Positions 1-9,344 are shown, numbered from the stretch's first letter. The stretch is DNA of 64,000 nucleotides from Lachnospiraceae bacterium (GCA_017538995.1 JAFYHV010000162.1:849-64848); one strand, 5' to 3'. A program made the numbers and translations. Notes: generated from the sequence alone by a model not told the origin.

Positions 1-232
1 ATACACGACCTTCCTTGCAGCCGTAATTCACATAGTGAGCCCAGAGATCCTTTTCGTTGTAGCCGAACGCAGCCTTTAAATCGCCGTATGTATCCGCATA
101 GTATATCGGATCGAAAATCGTGCCGTCCGGCATGTTTAAAGGTGCTGCTTTTGACTCAAATTTAAGAGCCGTAAAAAGACCGATTGTTACTAAAAGTAAA
201 AGAAACAATCGGAAAAAACTGAATTTTTTCAT
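1..232 (-). CDS. secreted or lipoprotein-like protein, N-terminal part only (gene runs off the left edge)
   Basis: Reverse-strand ATG at 230-232 gives MKKFSFFRLFLLLLVTIGLFTALKF..., a basic n-region followed by a hydrophobic signal peptide. The frame stays open to position 1. It is missing from the ORF track because it is truncated. Confidence 0.5.
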   Translation of the reverse strand, partial: MKKFSFFRLFLLLLVTIGLFTALKFESKAAPLNMPDGTIFDPIYYADTYGDLKAAFGYNEKDLWAHYVNYGCKEGRV

Positions 233-389
233 TACATATCCCCTCCACTTAACGTGTAAGAGAATTCTACCACAATTACTATAAATATACAATTACAGTT
301 AAATATATATAATGGACTGAAAAATCAGTTTATGATATCATAAAAGCGCTTGTTTAAAACTTGAAGTAAAACGAAAAAGGGATATAAAA

Positions 390-2012
390 ATGGCTGATAT
401 TGAAAAAAGACCGATACTTAAAAACAGAGTTTATCTTTACTTAACCGAGTTCTTTGCCGGAATGTCGGTAATGGCTGTAGAGCTGGGTGCATCAAGACTT
501 CTTGCACCGTACTTTTCGTCGTCTCAGATTGTATGGACGATTATCATCGGAACCATCATGATAGCAATGGCGCTCGGAAATATTTACGGCGGAAGAGCTG
601 CTGATAAAAACCCCAACCCCGACAGACTCTATGCGAGAATAATCATTGCGGCAATCTGGATTGCGCTTATTCCCGTGCTCGGCAAATATGTCATCGTCTT
701 GATTTCCGGAATTCTTATCTTTGCGGTTAACAAAAATTTCCTAATCATCGCAGGTTTTGTGGCTTGCATGGTAATCTTTGTATTCCCGCTTTTCTTACTC
801 GGAACGGTTACGCCTTCGCTCGTAAAATATACAGTCGACAATCTTGACGACAACGGAAAACTTGTAGGAAATCTTAATGCAGCCAACACCATCGGAAGCA
901 TCATCGGTACATTTGTGCCGACTTTTATAAGTATCCCTGCAGTCGGAACATCGATAACATTTTTGATTTTCGCAGGTATCCTTTTGATTCTTTCAGCGGT
1001 TTATTTTATAACATCCAAAATCAGTATGAAGAAAATCAAAAGACTCCCTGCAAGTATTGTGATTTTTGCTCTTTGCTGTACATTCGGATGGAAGAGCAAT
1101 TTCGCTTTCTGGCAGAACAATCTTTTATACGAAGGCGAGTCTATTTACAACTATCTTCAGGTTTATGATGACGACAGAGCAATTTATTTTTCAACCAACG
1201 TTCTTTTCAGCATCCAGTCCGTATACCTGAAAGAAAAAGGCCTCACGGGCTACTATTATGACTTCGCTATGGCGGCTCCTTTTATGAGCGGTGTCAATGA
1301 AAAGGATGCGCTCGACATTCTTATATTAGGCAACGGAACAGGCACCTTTGCGACACAGTGCGAAAGATATTTTGACAAGGATCTTCACATCACAGGCGTT
1401 GAAATAGATGATAAAATCACGAAGCTTGCAAAAGAATATTTCGAACTTCCCGAAGACGTGGAAGTCATTACATACGACGGCAGAGCGTATTTAAACGCAA
1501 TAGATAAAAAATACGACGTAATCATGGTGGATGCGTATCAGGACATCACGATTCCTTTTCAGATGTCTTCAATTGAATTCTTCACGCTCGTAAAAGAACA
1601 CTTAAAAGACGACGGCGTGATGGTAGTAAACATGAACATGAAAAGTAATGCAAAAGGCGGTATAAACGATTATCTTTCTGACACAATCTGCCAGGTATTT
1701 TCGGAGAGTTACTACGCAGATACATCGGCGCTTGGAAACCGCGAATTTTTCGCATCTAACAATCCCGAAATGCTTGATGTTTTTGCAAAGAATGTAGAAC
1801 TTGAAGAAGACGAAAGTCTTTTGTTTATGATGAACAGAGTTTCAGACAGACTCACGGAATACGAGGCAGGCGACCTTGTGATGACTGATGACAAAGCACC
1901 GGTGGAATTGCTTGGTATGAAAGTTATCGACGAACTTATTCAGACAGAAATGGCTTATTACAAAGGAGTTTTCAAAGAGGGCGGAATCAAAGCCGTCATT
2001 GAAAATCTGTAA
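390..2012 (+). CDS. polytopic membrane domain fused to a spermidine-synthase-like SAM-dependent transferase
   Basis: 540 aa. The N-terminal ~230 aa are hydrophobic helices. The C-terminal Rossmann region carries ILILGNGTGTF and DVIMVDAYQD, the pattern of the spermidine synthase family. Confidence 0.7.
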   Translation: MADIEKRPILKNRVYLYLTEFFAGMSVMAVELGASRLLAPYFSSSQIVWTIIIGTIMIAMALGNIYGGRAADKNPNPDRLYARIIIAAIWIALIPVLGKYVIVLISGILIFAVNKNFLIIAGFVACMVIFVFPLFLLGTVTPSLVKYTVDNLDDNGKLVGNLNAANTIGSIIGTFVPTFISIPAVGTSITFLIFAGILLILSAVYFITSKISMKKIKRLPASIVIFALCCTFGWKSNFAFWQNNLLYEGESIYNYLQVYDDDRAIYFSTNVLFSIQSVYLKEKGLTGYYYDFAMAAPFMSGVNEKDALDILILGNGTGTFATQCERYFDKDLHITGVEIDDKITKLAKEYFELPEDVEVITYDGRAYLNAIDKKYDVIMVDAYQDITIPFQMSSIEFFTLVKEHLKDDGVMVVNMNMKSNAKGGINDYLSDTICQVFSESYYADTSALGNREFFASNNPEMLDVFAKNVELEEDESLLFMMNRVSDRLTEYEAGDLVMTDDKAPVELLGMKVIDELIQTEMAYYKGVFKEGGIKAVIENL

Positions 2013-2014
2013 AT

Positions 2015-3388
2015 ATGACGCAGGAAGATAAATTTATCAAAATGACAACTGAGCCCATACCGAAATTAGTCGGACGTCTCGCAGTACCGACTATTTTAAG
2101 TATGCTTGTCACATCCTTTTACAATATGGTTGACACATACTTCGTGGGCAAAATAAATACATCCGCATCAGGTGCCGTAGGTATTGTTTTTTCATTAATG
2201 GCAATCATTCAGGCATTCGGATTTATGTTTGGACACGGCTCGGGCAATTTTCTTGCAAGAAAGCTCGGCGAGCAGAAAAACGATGAAGCGGAAGTAATCG
2301 CCAACGCAGGCTTTGCTTTTGCGTTTTCATTCGGCATCATTCTCGCCGTTGCAGGGCTTTTAAATCTTGACAGACTTGCGTATCTTTTAGGATCGACCGA
2401 TACAATCCTTCCGTATGCGCGCTCCTACATGGGACCGATTTTAATTGGTGCTCCGTGGATGATGGCATCAATTGTTTTAAACAATGAAATCAGATATCAG
2501 GGCAACGCGAAGACTGCAATGTTAGGTATTATGGCGGGCGCAGTAATAAATATCGGCCTCGATCCGCTCCTTATGTTTACATTTAAACTCGGCATTATGG
2601 GCGCCGCAATCGCAACGATTTCCGGACAGTTCATAAGCTTTATCATTCTTCTTTTAACCACGAGAAGAGCGGGCAATATAAGGATTACTCTTAAAAGAAA
2701 CCCGTTCGCGTTTAGATTCCTCTGGGAGATTATCTCCGGCGGACTTCCCTCGCTCTTCAGACAGGGACTCGCAAGTATCTCCGGTATCATGTTAAATGTT
2801 GTTGCCAAAAGAGTCGCAGGCCCCGAGTTTGCAGATGCAACCATCGCAGGTATGGCGATAGTCGGTAAAATCAGCATGTCCCTTAACTCTTTCGTAATCG
2901 GTTTCGGTCAGGGTTTCCAGCCCGTGTGCAGTTTTAATTTCGGTGCGGCCAAATACAAGCGTGTAAAAGAAGCATTCCTCTTCTCCGTAAAAGTATGTGC
3001 AGGCCTTATGGTAGTAGTCGGTGCAGCATGCTTTATCTTCGCACCGCATATTGTGGAACTTTTCAGAAAAGGCGATGCAATGGTAATTGAAGTCGGCTCC
3101 TTTGCGCTTCGTGCACAGTGCGTAACATATGTTTTCGGAGTATGGATTATTCTAACCAACATGCTTTTACAGGCTTCGGGAAGAGCATTCGGCGCGACTG
3201 TTATTTCTTCATGCCGTTCGGGACTCTGCTTTATTCCGGTAATACTTGTACTTCCGCTTTTCCTTGGAATCACAGGCGTTCAGATTTCACAGGCAGTGGC
3301 AGACATGATAGCATTTTTCATATCGCTCGGAGGCGGACTTTACTTTCTTAGAAAATTAGACAGGTCCGAAGGTTCGGTTATCAAGTAA
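2015..3388 (+). CDS. MATE family efflux transporter
   Basis: 457 aa with about 12 hydrophobic segments. The opening PIPKLVGRLAVPTILSMLVTSFYNMVDTYFVG is typical of MATE/NorM proteins. Confidence 0.85.
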   Translation: MTQEDKFIKMTTEPIPKLVGRLAVPTILSMLVTSFYNMVDTYFVGKINTSASGAVGIVFSLMAIIQAFGFMFGHGSGNFLARKLGEQKNDEAEVIANAGFAFAFSFGIILAVAGLLNLDRLAYLLGSTDTILPYARSYMGPILIGAPWMMASIVLNNEIRYQGNAKTAMLGIMAGAVINIGLDPLLMFTFKLGIMGAAIATISGQFISFIILLLTTRRAGNIRITLKRNPFAFRFLWEIISGGLPSLFRQGLASISGIMLNVVAKRVAGPEFADATIAGMAIVGKISMSLNSFVIGFGQGFQPVCSFNFGAAKYKRVKEAFLFSVKVCAGLMVVVGAACFIFAPHIVELFRKGDAMVIEVGSFALRAQCVTYVFGVWIILTNMLLQASGRAFGATVISSCRSGLCFIPVILVLPLFLGITGVQISQAVADMIAFFISLGGGLYFLRKLDRSEGSVIK

Positions 3389-3509
3389 TCTGAAAAAATA
3401 AGAGCCTTTAAACTGCCGTAAAATCAATAGAATTTTGAACTGCATATATTTATAATATAAAGTGAGTAAAAAGGGTGTTTTCAGAACTTAACGGTTTTGG
3501 AGGGATGAT

Positions 3510-5027
3510 ATGAATATTAAGTGCAATTATTGTGGCGAGATGTTCAGTGAGACACTGGAAAAGTGTCCTTCCTGTGGTGCGCCCAACAGCAATGTTAAGC
3601 GTACAACAGTCGATCAGCCGACCACAATCGAAGAATTAAAAGACTGGTACAGATCAAAGGGACTGCCTTCCTATGAGACTACCAGATTTTTTATTGGCAT
3701 TGACTACAAGGGTCCGAGAGCGTTCGGTATTTATTATGATAAGTATCTCGGCTATGTCGTATATAAAAACAAAGGCAACGGCGAGCGCGCTATAAGATAT
3801 CAGGGTACTGATGAAGCATATGCCGTAAATGAACTCTTCATGCGTCTTAAGCAGGAAATTCTTGAGCAGAAGTCAAGAAATCTTGACAGCAGGAGTTCAG
3901 CTTACATTACTCCAAAAGAGAGACAGGAATTAGAGGAAGAAAAAGAAGAGGCTTATAAAACTTTTATCCATAAGGAAATCACCAAAGAGGAAGCCGAGAG
4001 GCAGGCGTATCTGCATTATAAGGGTGAAATTGAATACCAACAAAGAGTTAAGAAAACCATCATAGCAGGTATAATCGTAGCAGTGATTATCTGTACGATT
4101 TTCGGTTTTGCTTCTTTTGGGGCGTATGTAAACAAACTGACAATCAGTCCGGGCTATTATTTATATAACAACGAAGTATATTATCACAAAAGTACCGATC
4201 AATTTGGTGGCTGGTTTAAGTACTATCCGAATGAGAATGACTGGGATAAGGCAGATGTGACTGCTTATCCCTTAGTCGACAAGCTGAAATCACGACAGTA
4301 TTTTGTTTCAGAGGAGGATTATTCCGCTCTCGGCTGTTCGGATGTTAAAGATTCTGTAGATTATAAGATTTCTGTTTATGGAACCGCCATAGGTCTGGGA
4401 TATTATAAGTATGACGACCATTACTATTATCATGCAGAAAACGACAACTCTTTAGGATGGTTTAAATTCAATAATGTGAAAATGGATTGGGATTATTCCA
4501 CATTTTCCAACCTACCGGAAGCACTGCAGCACCAGTATTCGGCCGTTGAATATTTTTACGATTTTAATGGGGAAAGGTATCATCCTTTCACGGATGTTAA
4601 GCAATCCCAAGCATATAAAATCACTTATCCCGCGGAATTTGCCTCGTATCCTAAAGAAAGTAAAGATGAAGGCTATTACAGCAAAAACGGTAAAATATAT
4701 TATCATAATGATTCTTATGCTTCAAAAAACTGGTATGAATACAACAGTACTACATCCCAATGGGAATATACTTACCAGGTGCCGGATGATGTTGAATCCT
4801 ACTCGCCGAAATATTACGGTATAAAGGACTTTACAGAAACAGAATACTACTCTGATGCCCATCCATCATACAATTATTCAAATAGTTCGAACAGCAGCTC
4901 AAATACAAACTCAAGCAGCTGGTGGTCAAGCGGTTCCGACAGTTCGTGGGACAGCGACTCGTCATGGAGCTGGAGCAGTTCTGATTCCTGGGATTCGGGC
5001 TCGACCGACTGGAGCAGCGACTGGTAA
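3510..5027 (+). CDS. zinc-ribbon membrane protein with three Tyr/Trp-rich repeats and a Ser/Trp/Asp tail; function unknown
   Basis: GGAGGG RBS. CNYCG..CPSCG zinc ribbon at the N-terminus, a coiled-coil-like EEEKEE stretch, and one TM at aa 183-205. Three GYYx5YYHx5-6[GN]W[FY][KE][YF]x4-6W[DE] repeats lie at aa 215-247, 297-329 and 388-420. The last 50 aa are almost only S, W, D, N, G and T. Confidence 0.6.
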   Translation: MNIKCNYCGEMFSETLEKCPSCGAPNSNVKRTTVDQPTTIEELKDWYRSKGLPSYETTRFFIGIDYKGPRAFGIYYDKYLGYVVYKNKGNGERAIRYQGTDEAYAVNELFMRLKQEILEQKSRNLDSRSSAYITPKERQELEEEKEEAYKTFIHKEITKEEAERQAYLHYKGEIEYQQRVKKTIIAGIIVAVIICTIFGFASFGAYVNKLTISPGYYLYNNEVYYHKSTDQFGGWFKYYPNENDWDKADVTAYPLVDKLKSRQYFVSEEDYSALGCSDVKDSVDYKISVYGTAIGLGYYKYDDHYYYHAENDNSLGWFKFNNVKMDWDYSTFSNLPEALQHQYSAVEYFYDFNGERYHPFTDVKQSQAYKITYPAEFASYPKESKDEGYYSKNGKIYYHNDSYASKNWYEYNSTTSQWEYTYQVPDDVESYSPKYYGIKDFTETEYYSDAHPSYNYSNSSNSSSNTNSSSWWSSGSDSSWDSDSSWSWSSSDSWDSGSTDWSSDW

Positions 5028-5041
5028 AGATGGAGAAAAAC

Positions 5042-5521
5042 ATGGAAACAAAAGTAAAAAAGACTCCCGTACTTTCCACACTCTGCCACATCATAAAAGA
5101 TGACTGTTATCTGATGATGCACAGAGTCAAAAAAGAAAATGACATCAACAAAGACAAGTGGATCGGTGTGGGCGGTAAATTCGAATACGGTGAAAGTCCG
5201 GAAGAGTGTCTTTTACGAGAAGTAAAAGAAGAAACGGGCCTCACATTACTTAATTACAAATTCAGAGGAATCGTGACATTCTGCTACGGCGAGGACGTCG
5301 TCGAATACATGCATATTTTTGACGGATATGAATTCGAGGGCGAGCTTACCGACTGTGATGAGGGCGAACTTGTCTGGGTGCCCATAAAAGAAGTATGCGA
5401 CCTTCCGATCTGGGAGGGCGATAAAATCTTCTTTAAGCTTTTAGCCGAAAACGCTGATTTCTTTTCGCTAAAGCTTGTCTATGATACCGACGATACGCTT
5501 AAGGAAGCAGTTGTTTACTGA
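5042..5521 (+). CDS. NUDIX hydrolase (MutT / 8-oxo-dGTPase-like)
   Basis: Nudix box GGKFEYGESPEECLLREVKEETGL. I prefer the ATG at 5042 (GGAG 6 nt upstream) over the track start at 5030. Confidence 0.8.
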   Translation: METKVKKTPVLSTLCHIIKDDCYLMMHRVKKENDINKDKWIGVGGKFEYGESPEECLLREVKEETGLTLLNYKFRGIVTFCYGEDVVEYMHIFDGYEFEGELTDCDEGELVWVPIKEVCDLPIWEGDKIFFKLLAENADFFSLKLVYDTDDTLKEAVVY

Positions 5522-5580
5522 CAGCCGTAAAAATGGTAAAATATATAGTTGTGGGTATGTAAAAACCTTGGAGGTTACTT

Positions 5581-5769
5581 ATGGAAGAGAAGAATTCAAG
5601 TGTAGTCTATTATGTCCTGATAACGATCATCGTGACGGGATTGTCTATTTTGCTTGCGCCGAAGTTAATCAATGCGTGTTCGTCGTATATTTATAAAAAG
5701 CAGAAACCCAAAGTAAACGTAAAATTTGATAAGAACTACGGACCCAGAATCGTAAAGAAGAGAAAGTAG
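5581..5769 (+). CDS. small single-pass membrane protein, hypothetical
   Basis: 62 aa with a GGAGG RBS. One TM (VVYYVLITIIVTGLSILLAP) and a Lys-rich tail. It ends 15 nt before the GTPase gene. Confidence 0.45.
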   Translation: MEEKNSSVVYYVLITIIVTGLSILLAPKLINACSSYIYKKQKPKVNVKFDKNYGPRIVKKRK

Positions 5770-5784
5770 GAGGCAGAAACAGGC

Positions 5785-6957
5785 ATGGATGCTTTAATGA
5801 CGGAAAATGTAGCGGAGAAAATAATGGCAGCAATCAGAGATGTTCAAAAGAATATGACCAAACTGAATATCATGGTTATGGGAAAGACGGGTGCCGGCAA
5901 AAGTACCCTTATTAACAATGTGTTCAGCAGAAATCTCGCTCAGACAGGTATAGGAAAGCCTGTAACACAGTCTATTCGCAAATACGAGATAGAGGACTTC
6001 CCTCTGGCAATCTATGATACTCCCGGTCTTGAACTCGGCGGAGAAAATGCCATCGACGAGCTCCTAAAAGAATCAAAAGAAGTTCTTTCAAAGGGTGCAA
6101 TGCGCGGTATTTCCGAATCTATTCACTGTATCTGGTACTGTGTTTCCACACCTTCTCATCGTTTCGAAGAGGCTGAGGTTGAGTTTATTAAGAAATTTCT
6201 CGATGAAGCTAACGAATTCTGTGTACCCGTAATCATCGTGCTTACACAGTCTTATTCAAAGAAAGATGCCAAGGCTTTAATGTCTGAAATCGAAAAAGAG
6301 AACTTAAATGTGGTTCAGATTGTTCCCGTTCTTGCTCAGGATGTGGATATTGACGAAGAATACGTAATTAAGGCATACGGCCTTGATACTCTTATAGATA
6401 TTGTAAACAACGTAATTCCCGAGGCTTTGAGAAATACTCTTGCGGCTGTTCAGAAGGCAAGCCTTAAGATGAAATTAAGAAAAGCCAACGCAATCGTTGC
6501 CACAGCGGCAGCAGCTGCAGCGGCTACGGGCGCTATTCCTATTCCGTTTACGGATGCGGCAGTACTTGTTCCCGAGCAGATTGGTATGATTGCATCAATT
6601 ACCGCGGTATTCGGTATTCCTATCGAAAAAGCAACCGTTACGGCTATTCTTTCGGCTACAATCGGAACCGTCGGTACTACAGTAATGGGAAAAACCGTTG
6701 TTTCGAGCCTTCTTAAGATGATTCCCGGTGTCGGATCAATTGCAGGCGGTGTTATTTCAGCATCCGTTGCAGCAGCGCTTACCGCAGCGCTTGGCGAAGC
6801 ATACATTGCAATCATGATGATGGTTTCAAAGGGCGAAATGAGCGTATCCGAACTTGATACCGCTGAAGGAAAAGCCAAGATTTCACAGATCTTTATGTCC
6901 AAACTCGGACTTAAGAGAAATGCTAAAGGCAAGCCCGTTGAAGAGGAAGAGGAATAA
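5785..6957 (+). CDS. P-loop GTPase with a C-terminal Gly/Ala-rich membrane-associated domain (DUF697 / YcjF-like)
   Basis: G1 motif GKTGAGKS and G3 motif DTPGL. The C-terminal 150 aa are Ala/Gly/Ile-rich hydrophobic (AAAAAAATGAIPIPFTDAAVL...GVGSIAGGVISA). AGGAGG RBS. Confidence 0.7.
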   Translation: MDALMTENVAEKIMAAIRDVQKNMTKLNIMVMGKTGAGKSTLINNVFSRNLAQTGIGKPVTQSIRKYEIEDFPLAIYDTPGLELGGENAIDELLKESKEVLSKGAMRGISESIHCIWYCVSTPSHRFEEAEVEFIKKFLDEANEFCVPVIIVLTQSYSKKDAKALMSEIEKENLNVVQIVPVLAQDVDIDEEYVIKAYGLDTLIDIVNNVIPEALRNTLAAVQKASLKMKLRKANAIVATAAAAAAATGAIPIPFTDAAVLVPEQIGMIASITAVFGIPIEKATVTAILSATIGTVGTTVMGKTVVSSLLKMIPGVGSIAGGVISASVAAALTAALGEAYIAIMMMVSKGEMSVSELDTAEGKAKISQIFMSKLGLKRNAKGKPVEEEEE

Positions 6958-6964
6958 AAAAGTA

Positions 6965-6994
6965 TTGACTATTCGCACTCTGACGGATTAAGAT
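6965..6994 (+). promoter_or_regulatory. candidate sigma-A promoter of the aromatic operon leader
   Basis: TTGACT (6965-6970), an 18 nt spacer, then TAAGAT (6989-6994). Confidence 0.4.
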
Positions 6995-7015
6995 ATGTTT
7001 GTTTGGAGAAAAACT

Positions 7016-7138
7016 ATGAACGCTATAGGCATTAATTCCAAATTGAACAACGGTTTCTATTACTTTATTCAGGCCTACTTTTTTGTAAGCCTTTTTGCCT
7101 TTTACTTTTCAAAGAATAATTATGGGCGTACCGAATAA
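7016..7138 (+). CDS. candidate Phe/Tyr-rich leader peptide (40 aa)
   Basis: GGAGA RBS 6 nt upstream. The peptide is MNAIGINSKLNNGFYYFIQAYFFVSLFAFYFSKNNYGRTE, with 7 Phe and 5 Tyr and no Trp. It sits between a promoter and a terminator directly upstream of pheA. It is too short for the ORF track. Confidence 0.5.
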   Translation: MNAIGINSKLNNGFYYFIQAYFFVSLFAFYFSKNNYGRTE

Positions 7139-7169
7139 AGAATAGATGCTGACTGAATGTGATTATGTT

Positions 7170-7202
7170 TGCACTGTCCTTGTTCGGGGCAGTGCATTTT
7201 TT
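7170..7202 (+). terminator. intrinsic terminator (attenuator) in the pheA leader
   Basis: TGCACTGTCC / GGGGCAGTGCA stem followed by TTTTTT, ending 16 nt before the pheA ATG. Confidence 0.7.
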
Positions 7203-7218
7203 ATGAGGTGAAACAGAT

Positions 7219-8313
7219 ATGTCTCAGATGGATGAATTACGCGGCCAAATCGAGAGAATAGACGAGCAGATGATTGATTTGTTCGAGCAGAGAATGAGCA
7301 TCAGCTCACAGGTTGCGGCTTACAAAAAAGAACACGGAATTCCTGTACTCGATAAAGACAGGGAAAAGGTTCTTATTGCCAAGAACGCGGGAAAAGTCAA
7401 AAACAGAGAACTCGAGGTTTACTACAAAGACTTTTTCGAAGGTGTTTTAAATGTATCAAAGAGTTATCAGCATAAGCTGATGGAAGGCGTTAAGGTGGCT
7501 TACAGCGGAATCGAAGGCTCGTTTGCAAGCATTTCCGCGAGCAAAATCTTACCCGACGCCACCAGAGTGTCCTACGGCAGCTTCTCAGAGGCCTACAACG
7601 CCGTTGTAGCGGGCGAATGTGATTTTGCCGTACTTCCTATAGAAAACAGCTATGCGGGCGAAGTAGGGGCCGTTACGGACCTTATGTTTAAAGGTGATCT
7701 TTTTGTAAACGGAGTGTATGAGCTTGGCGTATCGCAGTGTCTTTTAGGAGTTAAGGACAGTTCTTTAGAGTCAATCAAGACGGTGGTCAGCCACTCACAG
7801 GCACTCGACCAGTGCAGCGAATATATAAAAAGACACGGATTAAAAAGTATATCCGCAGAAAACACTGCTGTTGCCGCAAAAGAAATCGCAGATAAAAATG
7901 ATATAACCGTAGGCGCTATAGCAAGCAAGGAAGCAGCCAAACTTTACGGTCTCACCATTCTGGATTATGATATTAACGAAAGCGCCCAGAATACCACGAG
8001 ATTTGCGGTATTTTCAAGAGAAAAGGCAGTCATTAAGAGCAATGACGTAGCGGGCGATTTTATACTGATGTTTACAGTTAAAAACGAAGCAGGCTCACTT
8101 GCAGATGCAATCGCAATTTTAGGTAAGCACGGATACAACATGAAAGTTATAAGAAGCAGACCTGTTAAGAATGAAAACTGGCAGTACTACTTCTACACAG
8201 AGGTTGAGGGAGACATCGAGACCGAAGAGGGTGAAAAGATGTTAAAAGACCTCGAAAAAGAATGCAACATGATTAAGGTCATCGGAACCTATGCTGCAGA
8301 TATGAAAATCTAG
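7219..8313 (+). CDS. pheA: bifunctional chorismate mutase / prephenate dehydratase (P-protein)
   Basis: N-terminal CM_2 helix pattern (LRGQIERIDEQMIDLFEQRM), PDT domain (VAYSGIEGSFAS ... TRF), and a C-terminal ACT domain. Confidence 0.9.
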   Translation: MSQMDELRGQIERIDEQMIDLFEQRMSISSQVAAYKKEHGIPVLDKDREKVLIAKNAGKVKNRELEVYYKDFFEGVLNVSKSYQHKLMEGVKVAYSGIEGSFASISASKILPDATRVSYGSFSEAYNAVVAGECDFAVLPIENSYAGEVGAVTDLMFKGDLFVNGVYELGVSQCLLGVKDSSLESIKTVVSHSQALDQCSEYIKRHGLKSISAENTAVAAKEIADKNDITVGAIASKEAAKLYGLTILDYDINESAQNTTRFAVFSREKAVIKSNDVAGDFILMFTVKNEAGSLADAIAILGKHGYNMKVIRSRPVKNENWQYYFYTEVEGDIETEEGEKMLKDLEKECNMIKVIGTYAADMKI

Positions 8314-8321
8314 GAGAAAAA

Positions 8322-9344
8322 ATGATCGTAAAAGTAAATCTTCCGATTAACGGATATGAAATTATAATCGAAAGAGGCGTGCTTTCAAATGCAGGAGCGG
8401 AACTAAATTTAAATCGTAAGGTTATGATTGTAACCGATGACGGCGTGCCTGAAAAGTACAGCGATATTCTTGGTGAGCAGTGCCTGAGCTCTTCGAAATT
8501 TGTGCTTAAGCACGGCGAGGAAAGTAAGAACCTTGATAACTTCGCTGCGATTGAAAAAGCACTTCTTGAAAACGGTTTTTCAAGAAAGGACTGCGTGGTG
8601 GCTTTAGGCGGTGGAGTAGTAGGAGATCTCGCAGGATTTGCTGCATCATGTTTTATGAGAGGCATAGATTTCTACAATATTCCGACCACTGTTTTATCAC
8701 AGGTTGATTCATCGGTTGGCGGAAAAACAGCTGTAGATTTTAACGGTGTAAAAAATATTGTCGGAACATTTTATCAGCCTAAAAAGGTGCTTATCGATCC
8801 CGATGTACTCGATACTCTTTCCGACAGACAGAAAGCCAACGGACTTGTGGAAGCAATCAAGATGGCTGCAACATTTGATGCTAATCTTTTTGAAGAATTT
8901 GAGAAGGCTGAAAAGTTTGAAGACCTTGATATCGAATACGTAATCGGCAAAGCAATTCAGACAAAAGCGAACGTGGTTGAAAAGGACGAAAAAGAAGCAG
9001 ATCTTCGTAAGGTCTTAAACTTCGGACATACATTGGGCCACGGCGTTGAAGCGGCACTTCAGGATACCGACAGAGCACTTCTTCACGGAGAATGCGTAGG
9101 CATGGGTATGACGGTAATGTGCGATGAAGACGTAAAGGAACGCATCGTAAAGATACTTAACATGCTTAAGATAGCGCCCGTGTATTCATTCAATTACGAC
9201 GAAGCGCTTGAAGCCGTAACACATGATAAAAAGTTAAACGGCAAAACAATCTCCGCAGTATATGTTTCAAAAATCGGAACATACGAAATGAGAGATATGA
9301 CACCTGCTGAACTTGGGGAGAGGTTGAAAAAACTTCTTGCATAA
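8322..9344 (+). CDS. aroB: 3-dehydroquinate synthase
   Basis: LGGGVVGDLAGFAAS and VDSSVGGKTAVD motifs; 340 aa. Confidence 0.9.
   Translation: MIVKVNLPINGYEIIIERGVLSNAGAELNLNRKVMIVTDDGVPEKYSDILGEQCLSSSKFVLKHGEESKNLDNFAAIEKALLENGFSRKDCVVALGGGVVGDLAGFAASCFMRGIDFYNIPTTVLSQVDSSVGGKTAVDFNGVKNIVGTFYQPKKVLIDPDVLDTLSDRQKANGLVEAIKMAATFDANLFEEFEKAEKFEDLDIEYVIGKAIQTKANVVEKDEKEADLRKVLNFGHTLGHGVEAALQDTDRALLHGECVGMGMTVMCDEDVKERIVKILNMLKIAPVYSFNYDEALEAVTHDKKLNGKTISAVYVSKIGTYEMRDMTPAELGERLKKLLA

Noticed and set aside
4875-5024. Possible nucleotide-level tandem repeat (VNTR) under the Ser/Trp/Asp tail.
   Set aside because: The DNA shows only degenerate AGC/TCG/TGG/GAC reiteration with no exact repeat unit. 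The bias is at the amino-acid level.
6450-6932. 160-aa antisense ORF inside the GTPase gene. Many similar track ORFs exist, for example 2497-2877, 13295-13777, 20711-21145, 33398-33836, 38599-40794, 51979-52425, 53143-53547 and 53567-53878.
   Set aside because: They lie fully inside, and opposite or out of frame to, ORFs with strong family motifs. They lack RBSs and have low-complexity compositions typical of shadow ORFs.
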